Assembly (NCBI GenBank): GCA_032718475.1 | Contig: JAUCBJ010004969.1 | Span: forward strand, 1-64,000 | DNA from: Nemertoderma westbladi | Lineage: Eukaryota; Animalia; Xenacoelomorpha | Length of the DNA: 64,000 nucleotides | Reading direction: 5' to 3' | Shown: in pieces, positions 1 through 11,437 of the stretch | Layout of the letters: the number at the start of each line of letters is the position of its first letter | Numbering within the stretch: position 1 is the stretch's first letter | Position numbers and translations under genes: made by a program | The notes under the pieces: model-generated | Databases searched by the model: none | Told to the model about the DNA's origin: nothing | The model's input: only the letters and a program-made list of their open reading frames with translations

Positions 1-420
1 CATGAACAATGTTAACAATATAGGTAAGTTATGCCAAAACAATTAATTTTAATCCAAAACATTCCAGAATATCTAATTGCGGATAATGTAGGGCCAACCA
101 CTCCCTTTTGTTCAAATGTAGCTACAATGTCCTCGTCATTGACCTCATCAACGTTGAACATATCTACTTCCATTTCGGGATTCGAGTCGGGAGGGGAATA
201 TGTTGGAGGATTTCCAACGGTGGATGTTCTCTACACCTATCCTTATTATGTGGTATAAATTAGGTAGTTATATTGTACGTCATAAAGTTTCATTTTAATT
301 CATTAATTTACTATATATTCAATATAATTATATTTAGATTGTATTCAAATAAATTATTAAATTATATTATAATCAAATTAAATTAAATGTTTTGTATTTA
401 TGTTTAATAATTATTAATTA

Positions 421-801
421 TTAATGTTCTTCAAGTATGTCGAAGAGGCCGCTATTGTTAGTGGAGTCTACTTTTCCTCGGATCGAGACCGAGTTGCCGA
501 TTAGGATGGCTATCAGGAGTCTTTGCAGCAGGAATCGATGAGACCGGGGTTCCTGTGTTGCTTGTCGAATCTTCCTGCCGACCTCTTTCAGGAATGAGGT
601 TGTTGCTGGTCCTGGCCGGCCAAGGGTTTCGAAGGCTACTGGTGCGAAGAGGTATCCTCGGTCTACTAGTTCTTCGTGCTTTCTGGATTGGGTCTCTTCT
701 TGCTCCTTGGCAACACGACCTCCTGCGAATAGACTGGTAGCGAGATGGCTGGGCGCTAGAGGGTCTACGACCATCGCGTCTACGACGCGACGGTTGGTCA
801 A
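421..801 (-). mobile_element. 5'-truncated CRE-clade non-LTR retrotransposon, C-terminal restriction-like endonuclease fragment
   Basis: Translation ...VDPLAPSH...YLFAPVAFETLGRPGP...FLKEVGRKI...EPRSHRFLLQRLLIAILIGNSVSI matches the typical CRE-type RLE C-terminus (F.PxAxETLG..G...QRLSxAIQRGN). It is a GC-richer block within AT-rich flanks. Confidence 0.8.
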
Positions 802-872
802 AAATTGAATTTACTTAATTAATATAAAATACAAATATAAAATATAGAAATATTTACAACTATTTTATGCAG

Positions 873-1196
873 ATTATGGATTTTGTGGTGATTGGGGAAC
901 ATCCCTTCGAAAGGAGGTCCTTCAATGGGGTGATAAGCGCTTGGCTTCTAAAGGGTGATGAACCAGTCATGGATGACACAGTGGTCATTGCCACTGTATT
1001 GAATTTTAACAAAATGCGAAACGCCAGCAAACGTACAAACATTTCCATGGAGAAACGGTTCGACAGAACGATAGTATTGGCAGATGTTGGGGGTAGTATT
1101 GCCCTCCTGTTTACCACAACATTGGCGAGGCCTGCAAACATTCTTAGATTTGATGACATGGGGATTGGATCGACAGTGGCTGTTTTGGAGCCCTAA
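873..1196 (+). pseudogene. OB-fold-like coding exon of an unknown gene, stops at 1194-1196
   Basis: Acceptor ttttatgcAG at 871-872. Protein VVIATVLNF...RTIVLADVGGSIALLF...GIGSTVAVLEP has an OB-fold-like strand pattern and resembles the gene at 25201-26443. Confidence 0.4.
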
Positions 1197-1379
1197 TTTA
1201 ACGGGGCATTTTTCATAAAAGGTAATAGTAATCCTATTATCAAACGTCCACGTTTTATGGACACATAACCTCACCTTTTGGGTAAGTTCCTACGTAATTC
1301 GTGGACTTTTGAGTTTTATGACCCACCCTAATGCAGAGGCTCCAGGTTTAGCAACTACCTCCTTCAACTTCGGCTGATG

Positions 1380-1541
1380 TTCAGAACCATTGCCTTTACC
1401 ATTGCAAGGGCAACTGCATGTAACACTACAGCAATTGAGAACTTCTTCCAATTATATGAGTCGAAAGTTAAAGAATTGGGAATAGAAGACAATGGAAGAG
1501 TGTTCCCGCCTTACATCATATTTAATGGATCCGGAGTTTAG
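1380..1541 (+). pseudogene. Possible pogo/DDE_1 transposase remnant
   Basis: Reads ARATACNTTAIENFFQLYESKVKELGI...GRVFPPYIIFNG, resembling two pogo-type motifs joined by an internal deletion. Confidence 0.35.
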
Positions 1542-1757
1542 TTGGGATTTTGTTGGGTTTATTTTGTTGCTGTTGGATTTAGTTGGGAAGTGTATTTTCT
1601 TATTTGGCACAAATCAAAAATAAATAAGCATTCCGAGGGCAACCAAAGTGGGGCTGCTTGGAACAAATTTTGTCATTACATCTTATCATTGATTTTGCAA
1701 TATATAAAAAATATAAATTATTTATTTGTTTTATAGATTTATAGAACACCCACATCC

Positions 1758-1850
1758 TACAGCAGACAACCGATAGCCAACAGCAGACAACAACCAACAT
1801 CAGACAACCGATAGCCAACAGCAGACAACAACCAACAACAGACAACCGAG
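1758..1850 (+). repeat. Minisatellite built from CAGACAACCGATAGCCAA / CAGACAACAACCAA units
   Basis: Directly visible tandem units. Confidence 0.85.
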
Positions 1851-2259
1851 AGCTTCGAATTTAATAGCAGCATTATAATATAATTTATTTAATAAATTTA
1901 ATTGAATTTACCATAAAACTCACCCCACTCCCTCCCCACCTGATGGCTCACCCCACTCCCTCCCCACTTGATGGCTTGCGCCACTTGATGGTATCACATT
2001 CGTATTCAAATACCTTAAGTAGTACATTTAAAAGCAGTAGTCCTTGGCGATATATCGGTTAATTATTGTAGTAAGTCGCGCATTCATAATCTTGTTCCAA
2101 TTCCTTCACTATCTGAGGTTTTGGATGATTCGTCTAAGAATAGAAATGTAAAATTATTATGTAAACTCTACGAAGTGAAACTACGTTTTTGAATTATAAA
2201 CATGATTCTACAATAAAAATTCGATTAGGCTAAATAAATCTGATAATGAAAAAGATAAG

Positions 2260-2750
2260 TATTAAGGGGGGGGGGGGGCACCCCCTCCTTGGGTAAAATT
2301 TTCACATTTTTGGTTTTCTATTTCATCTGATGCAGAATTTAATGGGGAGTTCAAATCTTAAACAGTTTGGAGCTTTTTTAGTTCTCGAGTTATCGCTGTC
2401 TTTCCGTCTATCAGTTTGTCAGTCAAAATTTAGAAGACAGACAGACAGACATGCTGTCAGACAGACATATTAGATGCCACCAAACATTAAAACTGACATC
2501 AGAAATTAAATCACCAACCCCGAAAACCCCCATATTGATAATTTTAGTGAGTTGGTATGAAGCCATAGTGTCATACATTACTGACCGATTAACAGACTAC
2601 AGACAGTCAGGTTTGAGTGGGAAGGTTCAAATTTTAAAGCAAATTATCTCGGAATTACATTTCACGATATTTCCATTTGTCAAAATACTACTCCTCCGCC
2701 GTTTTAACCCAAATTCTATAATTTATGGCTCGTTTGAAATGTAAGTGGAA
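2260..2750. mobile_element. Non-autonomous DINE-1/HINE (Helentron)-like repeat
   Basis: Poly-G/CACCCCC end, internal (GACA)n/(TCAG)n microsatellite and ACCCCGAAAACCCCCATA segment typical of these elements. Boundaries approximate. Confidence 0.4.
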
Positions 2751-4244
2751 TCAATTCTGCCGCATTACCCTCATAAAATGGGAAGTGGCATTTTCAGCAA
2801 TATAGCGGAGATACGAGATTAGCAGTAACTAATCTCGTATCACAACCAATATTGGGGACAGTACAAACCCCAAAGCCACGAACAAAGGGAGGTTAGAGGT
2901 CAAACCACCTCAGAGGAAGACAGCTAGCGGGGCCTAGCGACAGAGGGGGAAACACTCCCAGAGAGTGTTGTATATTATCAACTCGCATATCAATTTGTAG
3001 TTCAGTTTATCCAGTTACCGGTTTCAGTGCAGACGGGCAACATTGTTTTACCGTCACCGTTGCTGTTACATATTATTTACTATATACCATCATATTACCG
3101 GTTATAATATTATCTGCAATTCAACACATGTGCTATTATATATATAACGCCGAAGGATAGATAACAACAACCTTTAACTTTTCCATCACTCCGGTGACAT
3201 GTATGAAACAACTTACCGGGTCGGGGTTTATCGATCCCGTCACAGTAAAACAAATGCCAAACTGAACTATGACTGCCAGACACAAGAGATAAAATAAAGA
3301 TGAGCAGCCAGGAGCCCCGATCATCAGAGGGAGAGAGGACGCCGCCGTGGACCCCGGACAACACCAACCAAACAATCCGTGAGGCCGCGACTCGACGGTA
3401 CCGACCTGCGACGCCGGATTCGCCAACGAGGGACAATCCGGCACCCCAAGCGGAGGGCGGCCGTCAACCACGAGAGAGGGACGAGTGGATGGAGTACCGA
3501 AGTTGCCGGCAAGCCCCAGGCCGAAGGCGACGAACGGCCCACCGGAACGGCGACGGTGGGGCCGCCGGTACGGTGCCGAACCAGGAGAGGAGGAGGAGAT
3601 GTCGGCGAAGAGGAAGTCGGGACCAGCAATCGGCTTCGACGGGCCTACAACGCCACGAAGAAACAGTTAAAGGAGGCCAGAGGGGGAGCAAAGGTAGACC
3701 AAGCCAAGTTACACCAACGACTAGGTGAGTCAAATAAACACTTCCAATATCTAATACCATCTAATATCTAATATCCAATGTCCCACGAACGTTAACGGAT
3801 AATGCGCGGGGCAAGTTAGATGAACCGCGGCACGCGACGGCAGAGAATAGTAGGGGGATTGCGGGTATCCCCAGCAGCCCGGCTAGAGAGAGGTTGGCGT
3901 CGTGAGCGGGTGAGCGATAAGACATCGAGCCCAGTCAGAAGACGGAAGAAGGACAGTGGAGTTTACCGGGAGGTCGAAGAGAGATCGAAGAGAGATCTCA
4001 TGAACTGGAATGCTACACTGGAGAGAGAAGAAGTGAAGAGAATAGAAGAAGCATTGCTACGAGCGACCGGAGAGCGAGGACGGATAGCGAGCCGTCGGTA
4101 GTAGAGATAGATTTGGGGAGTTGGTGGGATCGAACTCTGGGAGATTGCCGTTGATGAATTATTTCACTATAAGATAGCATTTGTAGTTTAACTTTAACGT
4201 AAAAACTTTCAAAAATCCGACGCATTTTGAGTAAGTTATAGTAA

Positions 4245-4831
4245 TGTAATATTGCCTATTTATATTTGTACACATAAAACCCCTAGGTACTCTCGTGGCG
4301 TAGTGGTCAGATGGTTAAGGCGTTGGTTACATTACAGATAGGTTACGAGTTCGAATCCCGGTCGGGAAATTTGTATTTTGGGGCCATTTATTTTCATTTG
4401 GTGCAAATTGGCGGACCAATGAGACGCGTACAACGTATCGAACGATGAGCCAGGCCAATCATGGGGCATAAAATATCTTATTGCTCAAATGTGAGGCTAT
4501 GGAAAATTCTGTTAGGATTCCGTGTCCCAGATTAGTGTAAGGGCCAGTTTGCATTGAACGATGGGCTGGGCCAATCATAGGGCATAGGGCACTTTATTGC
4601 TCAAATGTGAAGCTGTGGAAAATTCTGTTTGGTTTCCATGTCCGATATTTAGTATAAAAGGCTGGTTTGCCTTCGGTTATCATCTCTCTCACACTCCACT
4701 TGACTTGCGTTATTATTCACCTTGTTAACTTGTCAGATTAGTTATTTAGTTTATTTTGGTTTCTTGTTGAAACTCTGTTTGATAATCTTTGCTCGAATCT
4801 AAACTGTAAATATACTGCAAACTCCTGAACA
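4245..4831 (+). promoter_or_regulatory. Putative 5' LTR of the BEL element
   Basis: TGT...ACA ends, a ~117-bp tandem duplication with CCAAT boxes (4440-4670), TATAAAA at ~4653 and a pyrimidine-rich R-like stretch. TGGTCC follows at ~4842 but is only a partial PBS-like match. No 3' LTR to confirm boundaries. Confidence 0.45.
4296..4367 (+). other. tRNA-derived (pseudo-tRNA / SINE head-like) segment with Pol III A and B boxes
   Basis: TGGTCAGATGGTTAAGGCG (A box/D arm) and GAGTTCGAATCCCG (B box/T arm) at tRNA-like spacing. Acceptor and anticodon stems do not pair, so it is not a functional tRNA. Confidence 0.65.
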
Positions 4832-5948
4832 TGTTTTCTTTTGGTCCAACCTTGGGACAGACAAACATCGAGAGGATGGCAGCCTAAACAGTTAGGCCGT
4901 CAGCAACGCAGGGGAAAGATGTCCACAACACGCTAGCGCCCACTTTAGATTTGACCGCACACCCCCTTTGCCCTTCGAAATACTCCGACTTCCCATGCAG
5001 CGCCCGCTTTATGAGGAAGGTAAGACTTTGTTCGACGCCCTTGCCCAACATAAGACCTATAGATCAGGGTAAGCGTGATGCCGTCCTAGGACGCCGCAAA
5101 ATTTAGGATCAAATAACTATATTCTAGGCAACCCCCCCCCCCTTGTCAGTACTGCAAATCCCTGGGTTACCTGTATACCTCACAGGTGCAAGCTATTGCC
5201 GTTCGTCAGTACGCAAGTACACATTAGGTACGGACAGCATACGTTCCATAATTTAGTGATTTGTTAGTACTGACTGTTTGGTACCGGTTCGCTTTGTAGA
5301 GCATACATTAGTACCCCCCCCCCCCCCCCCCCCCCTCTGCCTGAAGTTAGTTATTTGATCAGGCAAGGAGTATTTCTGCTACCGGCACACCGCTTGGCCT
5401 AGGGAGGTTTTATTAATATCCTACTGCACCTTGCCACGTACTGATAGGTATCTGCTGCTAACTACCGCGGCAACAAAATTCTAGAATCAAATTTGTATAC
5501 CAGATCAGCTAACGTACGGTAGCGATTAACCCCTATTTCTTATCTTACAACCAGAATCTGGTATTAGTGCCGATCACGGGTCTAGTTACTAACACCGTGG
5601 TTGCCCAGTTGAGTTGTGGATAGGAAGGAGAGAGCTTTGACGTCATTTGTGAGTATAAAGTTCTACAAACGCGACTAGTTTATTTTAGTAGCTAGTGCAC
5701 GGTATCATTTCAGTCAGAAAATCACTAAAACCTAGTGAAAAGATATACACCAAAATTGTTTTTATTGTAACACACCCACACACACACGCCCTAAAACATA
5801 TTTACCCTTAGAGTTCTACTAGTTATAGCGCACTTCGGATTACGTTAGGCAGAATTTATCTGTATTTGTAGAATTAGGATCTGATATTTAGTTACGGCAA
5901 AAGGAGTATTTCATCATTTTCGTTATTAAACTGTTGTTTGCCTAGAGC

Positions 5949-6077
5949 ATCAGTATTGTTACGTTAGGCACGACCCTTTTTAGACTGATTTCGTACAGGG
6001 GGATCAGTTATTGTTACATTAGGCACGACATCTTTTAGGCTGATTCAGACAGGGAGATCAGTATTGTTACGCTAGGG
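5949..6077 (+). repeat. ~54-bp tandem repeat (about 2.4 copies) in the BEL leader
   Basis: ATCAGTATTGTTACGTTAGGCACGAC... repeated. Confidence 0.8.
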
Positions 6078-7269
6078 CTGTAACCCACCTAGCTCGTATA
6101 TAAACCATATAAATCACACCGCGGCAAGTTACGGTATTTAGGACTGTCAGCGATAGTTAGGATTCGCTGCGCGGGGATTGTTTTCCCGTGAGTTTGGTCT
6201 GTTACTGTAACTGTACATCTGCCATACCGGTTAGAGGACAGGTTTCCTTTTGTCTAGTTCGTAGGCATTAGACCCGCTCACGTACATAGAATAGACACCA
6301 GGCTCTGCTCCTCGCCAGTAGTAGTTTGTGTACTGTATCTGTTCGTTTAGATATCCTGGACTGGGATTTGTTGTCAGATACTGTACAAGCCCGTTTCATT
6401 ACTAGAGTCTCATAGTAAGATACATCGTTACTAGGATCTGGTAAGCGGTATACTACTGGACTTTACGGTTAGAGATATTCTATAGCTTCATATTAGTAGA
6501 CTTGTAGGCCGTAGGATAGCCCCTACCGTAGAGGATACAACAGTGAGGTATATTTATTATTAAATTTGCAAGTTGCGATTTGCAAATTATAAATATATTG
6601 TTAGCTATTGTAAGTAGGAGATATTTAAAATTTAAGGTTAGTAAATTAGTAATTTGTAGAACGTCCCCTGCTTCAGTAGGCTTTAGGGTAGCTAGTAGTT
6701 TCGTATTTAATATTTGACTAGCTAATAGTTAGTTTGTAGCAATTTGTTTTACGCCGTGTGTGTGCGGTGTTACTTTCGGTACTTGAAAAGGTACATAGGG
6801 TTTAAAGACCAAGTTGTATCGGTACCTAGGAAGATTTTTCGTAGAGTAGAAGTAAAACTCTCACCTTCGACTTTTCAGGACTCAAGGACTCATTTCTGGA
6901 CCGCTTCGAGGATTAGACCGCTTTTCGCAAAGTTTGGGAGACAATAAATTCGTCCGCGCCGCCGAAAAACGGAACGACCCACGTCCGGTTTGTATTTGCG
7001 AATTTGCACGACTGGAAGATCAAAGGAGCGTAAGTTTTACGACTCGTGTCGTTCAAACTTAGAAAGCACAGTAGTACTCAAAATTTGTGGGTTTCACTGT
7101 CTAATTTAGTAGTGTTGTTGGTACTTATTTTCCCGTTAGACGTTGCTGTTTTGCCTATTATTTGTACTTGTTGATCTACCTTTTGGTAACGTATACCGTT
7201 ATCTCACGTATTCGTACAAATTTAGCCGGTAGGCTAGATTATTACTTATTTTATTATATACTTTGTTAG

Positions 7270-7462
7270 TTTTATTTGTACCGGTTAGGGTATATATATG
7301 ATATATATATATCAAGGTAAGTTTGACATTTGGACATTTCGACATTTTGACATTTCGACATTCTGACTTTGTTTTTTTATTTGTACCGGTTAGGGTATAT
7401 GTGTTATATATATACCAAGGTAAGTTTGACATTTCAACATTCAGACACTTTGACATTTTATT
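7270..7462 (+). repeat. ~106-bp tandem duplication with GACATTT sub-repeats just upstream of gag
   Basis: TTTATTTGTACCGGTTAGGGTATAT...CAAGGTAAGTTTGACATTT present twice. Confidence 0.85.
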
Positions 7463-7489
7463 ACCCGTACTTGACGTATATAATAAGAC

Positions 7490-10400
7490 ATGAGTGACAC
7501 ACCCCATTCGACGAGATACCCACCTACCGACTATGACTCATGTGACCCGGACAGATCGACAGTAGACGAACCGAGAAGGAGAACCCGAGATTCCACCGAT
7601 GTCATACTGCGTGCGTCGCCGGTACCCCGTACGGAAATACCGGAAGCCGCAACGCATGGCGACGGTAGGATCGAAGATTTCCTTACCGTCCCGCAGACTA
7701 GATCGCGGGAACCGGACATGGTAAGTTCGACTGGAAGCCAGGAGAACGTCATTAGAAGCATAGGAGGACACATGGCCCAGATTACTCGGAACCTCGGAGA
7801 AGGTTTTCGCACTTTACGCGAGTTATCCGCCCCGATGTCAAGATACGAGTTCTATACCTTACAGGTAAGGATAGAAAGTAGGGTACATGCCTCCGTAGAT
7901 AAACTTAAAGGTTTACACGAACTTGCCGAGTTGCGTGGCGACAACTTTACTCAGGTAAAGATAATAGATAAGTTAGTAAGTGCGAGAGAAAGTATTATCC
8001 AGTTTAAGTCAGTAATAAGATTGGCTCAACAGGAGCAGTTCGACCAACTGCTAGGTGAGTCAGTTTCGGACGCGTTGTTACAACCCGAAGAGGAGGAAGA
8101 ACTTTATTGCCTGGACGGAAGGTTGGAGACGCTCACCAATTTTCTTCGTAGATGCGGCATACCGGTCGAAGAACCGGAAGTCGAACCGCGAGGGACGACG
8201 GAAGTTCTCACTACGGAAGGCTCGCGAGCCTATCAGCATCCACCACTGGATAGATTGTTCGTTAGCATGTGGAGCGATGTTGGCGACGTTAGTAGGACAG
8301 CGTCTGTAATTACTCGACAACAACAGGAAGTTGCACGCCAACAACAAGTTGCCGAGGAAGAAGCGCAACTACAGATGGCACAGATCGCCACCGAGGGAGA
8401 GAAACAACGCAGAGAAGACGAGGCGAGAATTGCGCAACTCAAAGCGCAAGCCGAATTTGAAGCATCGGAAATGTGTAGATTGGAGGAGGACCTAGCGCGA
8501 GAAGCGGCAGCAGCAGCCGACGAGTTAGCACGGAAGAAAGCAGCATCCGACGCTCGTGCTCAGTTGGAGGCACGGCAAATAAAATCGCGATTAGCCATTC
8601 AGGAAGCGGAGTTAGCGGCACAACAACAAGTAGCAGATCGACGCGAAAGAGAGATGCAACTACAGTTCGAATTTAATCGTAGATCGCGCGAGGCAGCGAA
8701 CGCGCAAGCGGACCTCGAACTCGACGCGAGAGATAGATCTATAAGATCGCGAGCTGGACACGATTTGTCTGCCCTGGATCGCTTGGAAGCTCGATATCGC
8801 GGGATACAGAAGCGAATTGAGGAAGGGAGTGTGGGAGCGATGGATCGAAAGGATGAGTTCGTCGAGGATTATTGTAAACGTTTTCCACAAGTTATTCCTA
8901 TGCTCAAACCCACGACTCCGATAAATCCGATCTTTGTTACGAAACCGAAGGAAATAACACCTGTGCGCTCGACGCAAGGTGACAGGTTTGTTGTGACGGA
9001 AATACCGCAACCTAGGGCAACTTCATCGCCGATTTTAGCAGGTAACATAACTATTCCACCTACAGTAAGTCGTAGTCTACTTGTAGGAAGAGAGGAACCT
9101 GCGTTTGTAACAATTAAACAGGTAAGTAAACCGTCAGCAGTTCAACCTGCAACGTGCTGTGCGAACTCAGTTGTTTACAGATTGACTACGAAACCCGATT
9201 ACTTTACTCGACCATTGACACAATGTTCGACGCGACCTACGACTTCGTGGAAGGCTTGCGAGCCTACCGAACAACGGAGGAGGACGGATGTGGGTAGTAC
9301 CCACAGGATCGAACAATGTTTAACGAGACCTACGACTTCGTGGAAGGCTTGCGAGCCTACCGAACGACGGAGAACCGTAGATTCTGGACCGCAACGCATT
9401 CGACAACGAGTAATACGCCATACGCGAACCCGCCAACCACCTTACACGGACGACAGCGATTCATCCAGTGACTCGGAGTCGACGGAACGGGAAATATTCC
9501 GTACTGGAGCGGCGGCTGATTACAAACAGGAGGAGAGATCAACAAATCCATACATCAACAATCCTCCACGAGAAACACCTTTGCAGAAACCCACGTTGCA
9601 ACCGACTGAGACGATTACCACCAACAGACTCGCCGAAATAATGCGACCTGTGGCGGACCGACTAGCTCAACTCGAAGAGCGACTCGAAGCGCAACCGTCG
9701 GATCGATCACGAACAAGCGTGGAGTTAGAACAACCTAGACAACATCGACCACCGAGGAGAGAACAGGAGACTAGACGGACTCCGACCCATCGAGAAGAAG
9801 ATCCCGTTAATAATTCCTACCGACGAACAACGCGCGGAAGGGAATGACTGGACGACGCCATCGAACAGGGATGCGGACAGTTGGACTTAGTTAGCGAGAT
9901 TGCGAAATTCGCGGCTAGACACGGATTACCGGCACAGCAACCGCCGAAGTTCTCTGGCAACGCGAAACACTGGCGCACACTGGTAGACTACGTAGAGTCC
10001 CAGATCGCTAAGTGTGCTTTCACCTCGACGGAGAAGTTTAATTACTTGCTCCTAGTCCTGTCTGGTGAGCCGAAACAATTAGCGGAAACCTTCATTGGTG
10101 TTCCAGATGCCTTTGAGTTGGCGTACGACCGTTTGTATTCGATTTACAGTGGTAACGTGGCCATGGCTAAATCCATCATCGAAGACCTCTGCAGAGGAGG
10201 CAGCATTTCGAACCCGATCGACCTTCTACGACTCGCGGACGAAATCAAAAACGCTATAGGGACTTTACGGTCCATCGGACAACTCGAATACGCTAACGCA
10301 CCGACGGTTCTCATCAGGATAATCGTTCGACTTCATCATCGACTCCGACGAGAATGGCGACGCATCGAGTATCAGCATGAAGAAACCGGCGGGCTATTAA

Positions 10401-11437
10401 AACTCACCGACGTCTACCAACTGATTTCCCGGGAGGCCGTTATCGAGACTCGATCGAACTATACCAATCACCATATCGCGGCAGAAGGGATAGCTATTTC
10501 TGCGCTGACTCGGACTAAACCATTTCCGACGAATGCGAAAGCCGTTACCTACGCCACCCCTACTGAGACTTCTAAAGTTCTGACGCCTATCGGCACCACG
10601 CAGCCACGACAACAGTTGCCGGCGGACTTTGTGGGAATCTCGTACTGCGAGCGGAACGGCAGAAACGATAGCGGACATAAACTTTGTGGATGTTGCGCTT
10701 TTAAGGAGTTAGGAATCGAAGAGAGGAGACTCCAGATTCAATCGTTAGATTCCTGCTGGAGATATATGAAGCCAGGACACGTCCGGAAGGATTGCCCGAG
10801 CGACGATACATGTCCTCAGTGTGGACGTAACCATGACGCGTTGCTCCACACAACCAGTCATACTCCGACCAAACGCTTTCGACGAGAGCATCCAGATAAA
10901 GCGGCTAGATGCGACGCGCTTTACAAGGAGCGTGCGCCGCGCGAGATCCATACGTTTTTTACGGACTGTATGGATCAGTCAGGATCATCGGACGAGGACG
11001 AGGAGGAGGGCGACACTTTCTACGTGCATGCGGGTGAGGAACAGCCATCGATAACGCTCCTCACACAGAACCAATTGAAAGGGTTTAGCGTGATTCCTAT
11101 AAAGATTACCGGAAGCCGAGGGAGCAAGCATATATACGCCATCTTAGACTCTGCGTCATCACATAGCTATGTCGACAAACAAGTAGCCGATGTGGTTACG
11201 GACATGAGTCAAGGTAAGACTGCTCAGTATACTGTAAGCAGCATGCATGGTAAGAGAGCGATCCCTGTGACGAGAGTAAAACTAACTTTAGACACTCTTC
11301 TTTCCAAAGCGGAACACAGCAAGGAGGAGCACTCATTACTTCCAGTAAGAAATTTGACCTTTGCAACTACGAAGGACTGTAGTAACTTGCTCGGCCCTGT
11401 GCCAGAGCAATCACCAGAAGATCGTAAGTATTTCTGA
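7490..11437 (+). CDS. gag: BEL/Pao Gag plus aspartic protease (in-frame TGA at 9845-9847)
   Basis: Long N-terminal E/Q/A/R coiled coil, then PPKFSGNAKHW...EKFNYLLLVLSGEPK (DUF1759-like), BEL Cys-His array (CWRYMKPGHVRKDC...CPQCGRNHDALLH) and protease motif YAILDSASSHSYV. Confidence 0.9.

Noticed and set aside
4296-4367. Functional tRNA gene
   Set aside because: Acceptor and anticodon stems do not pair.
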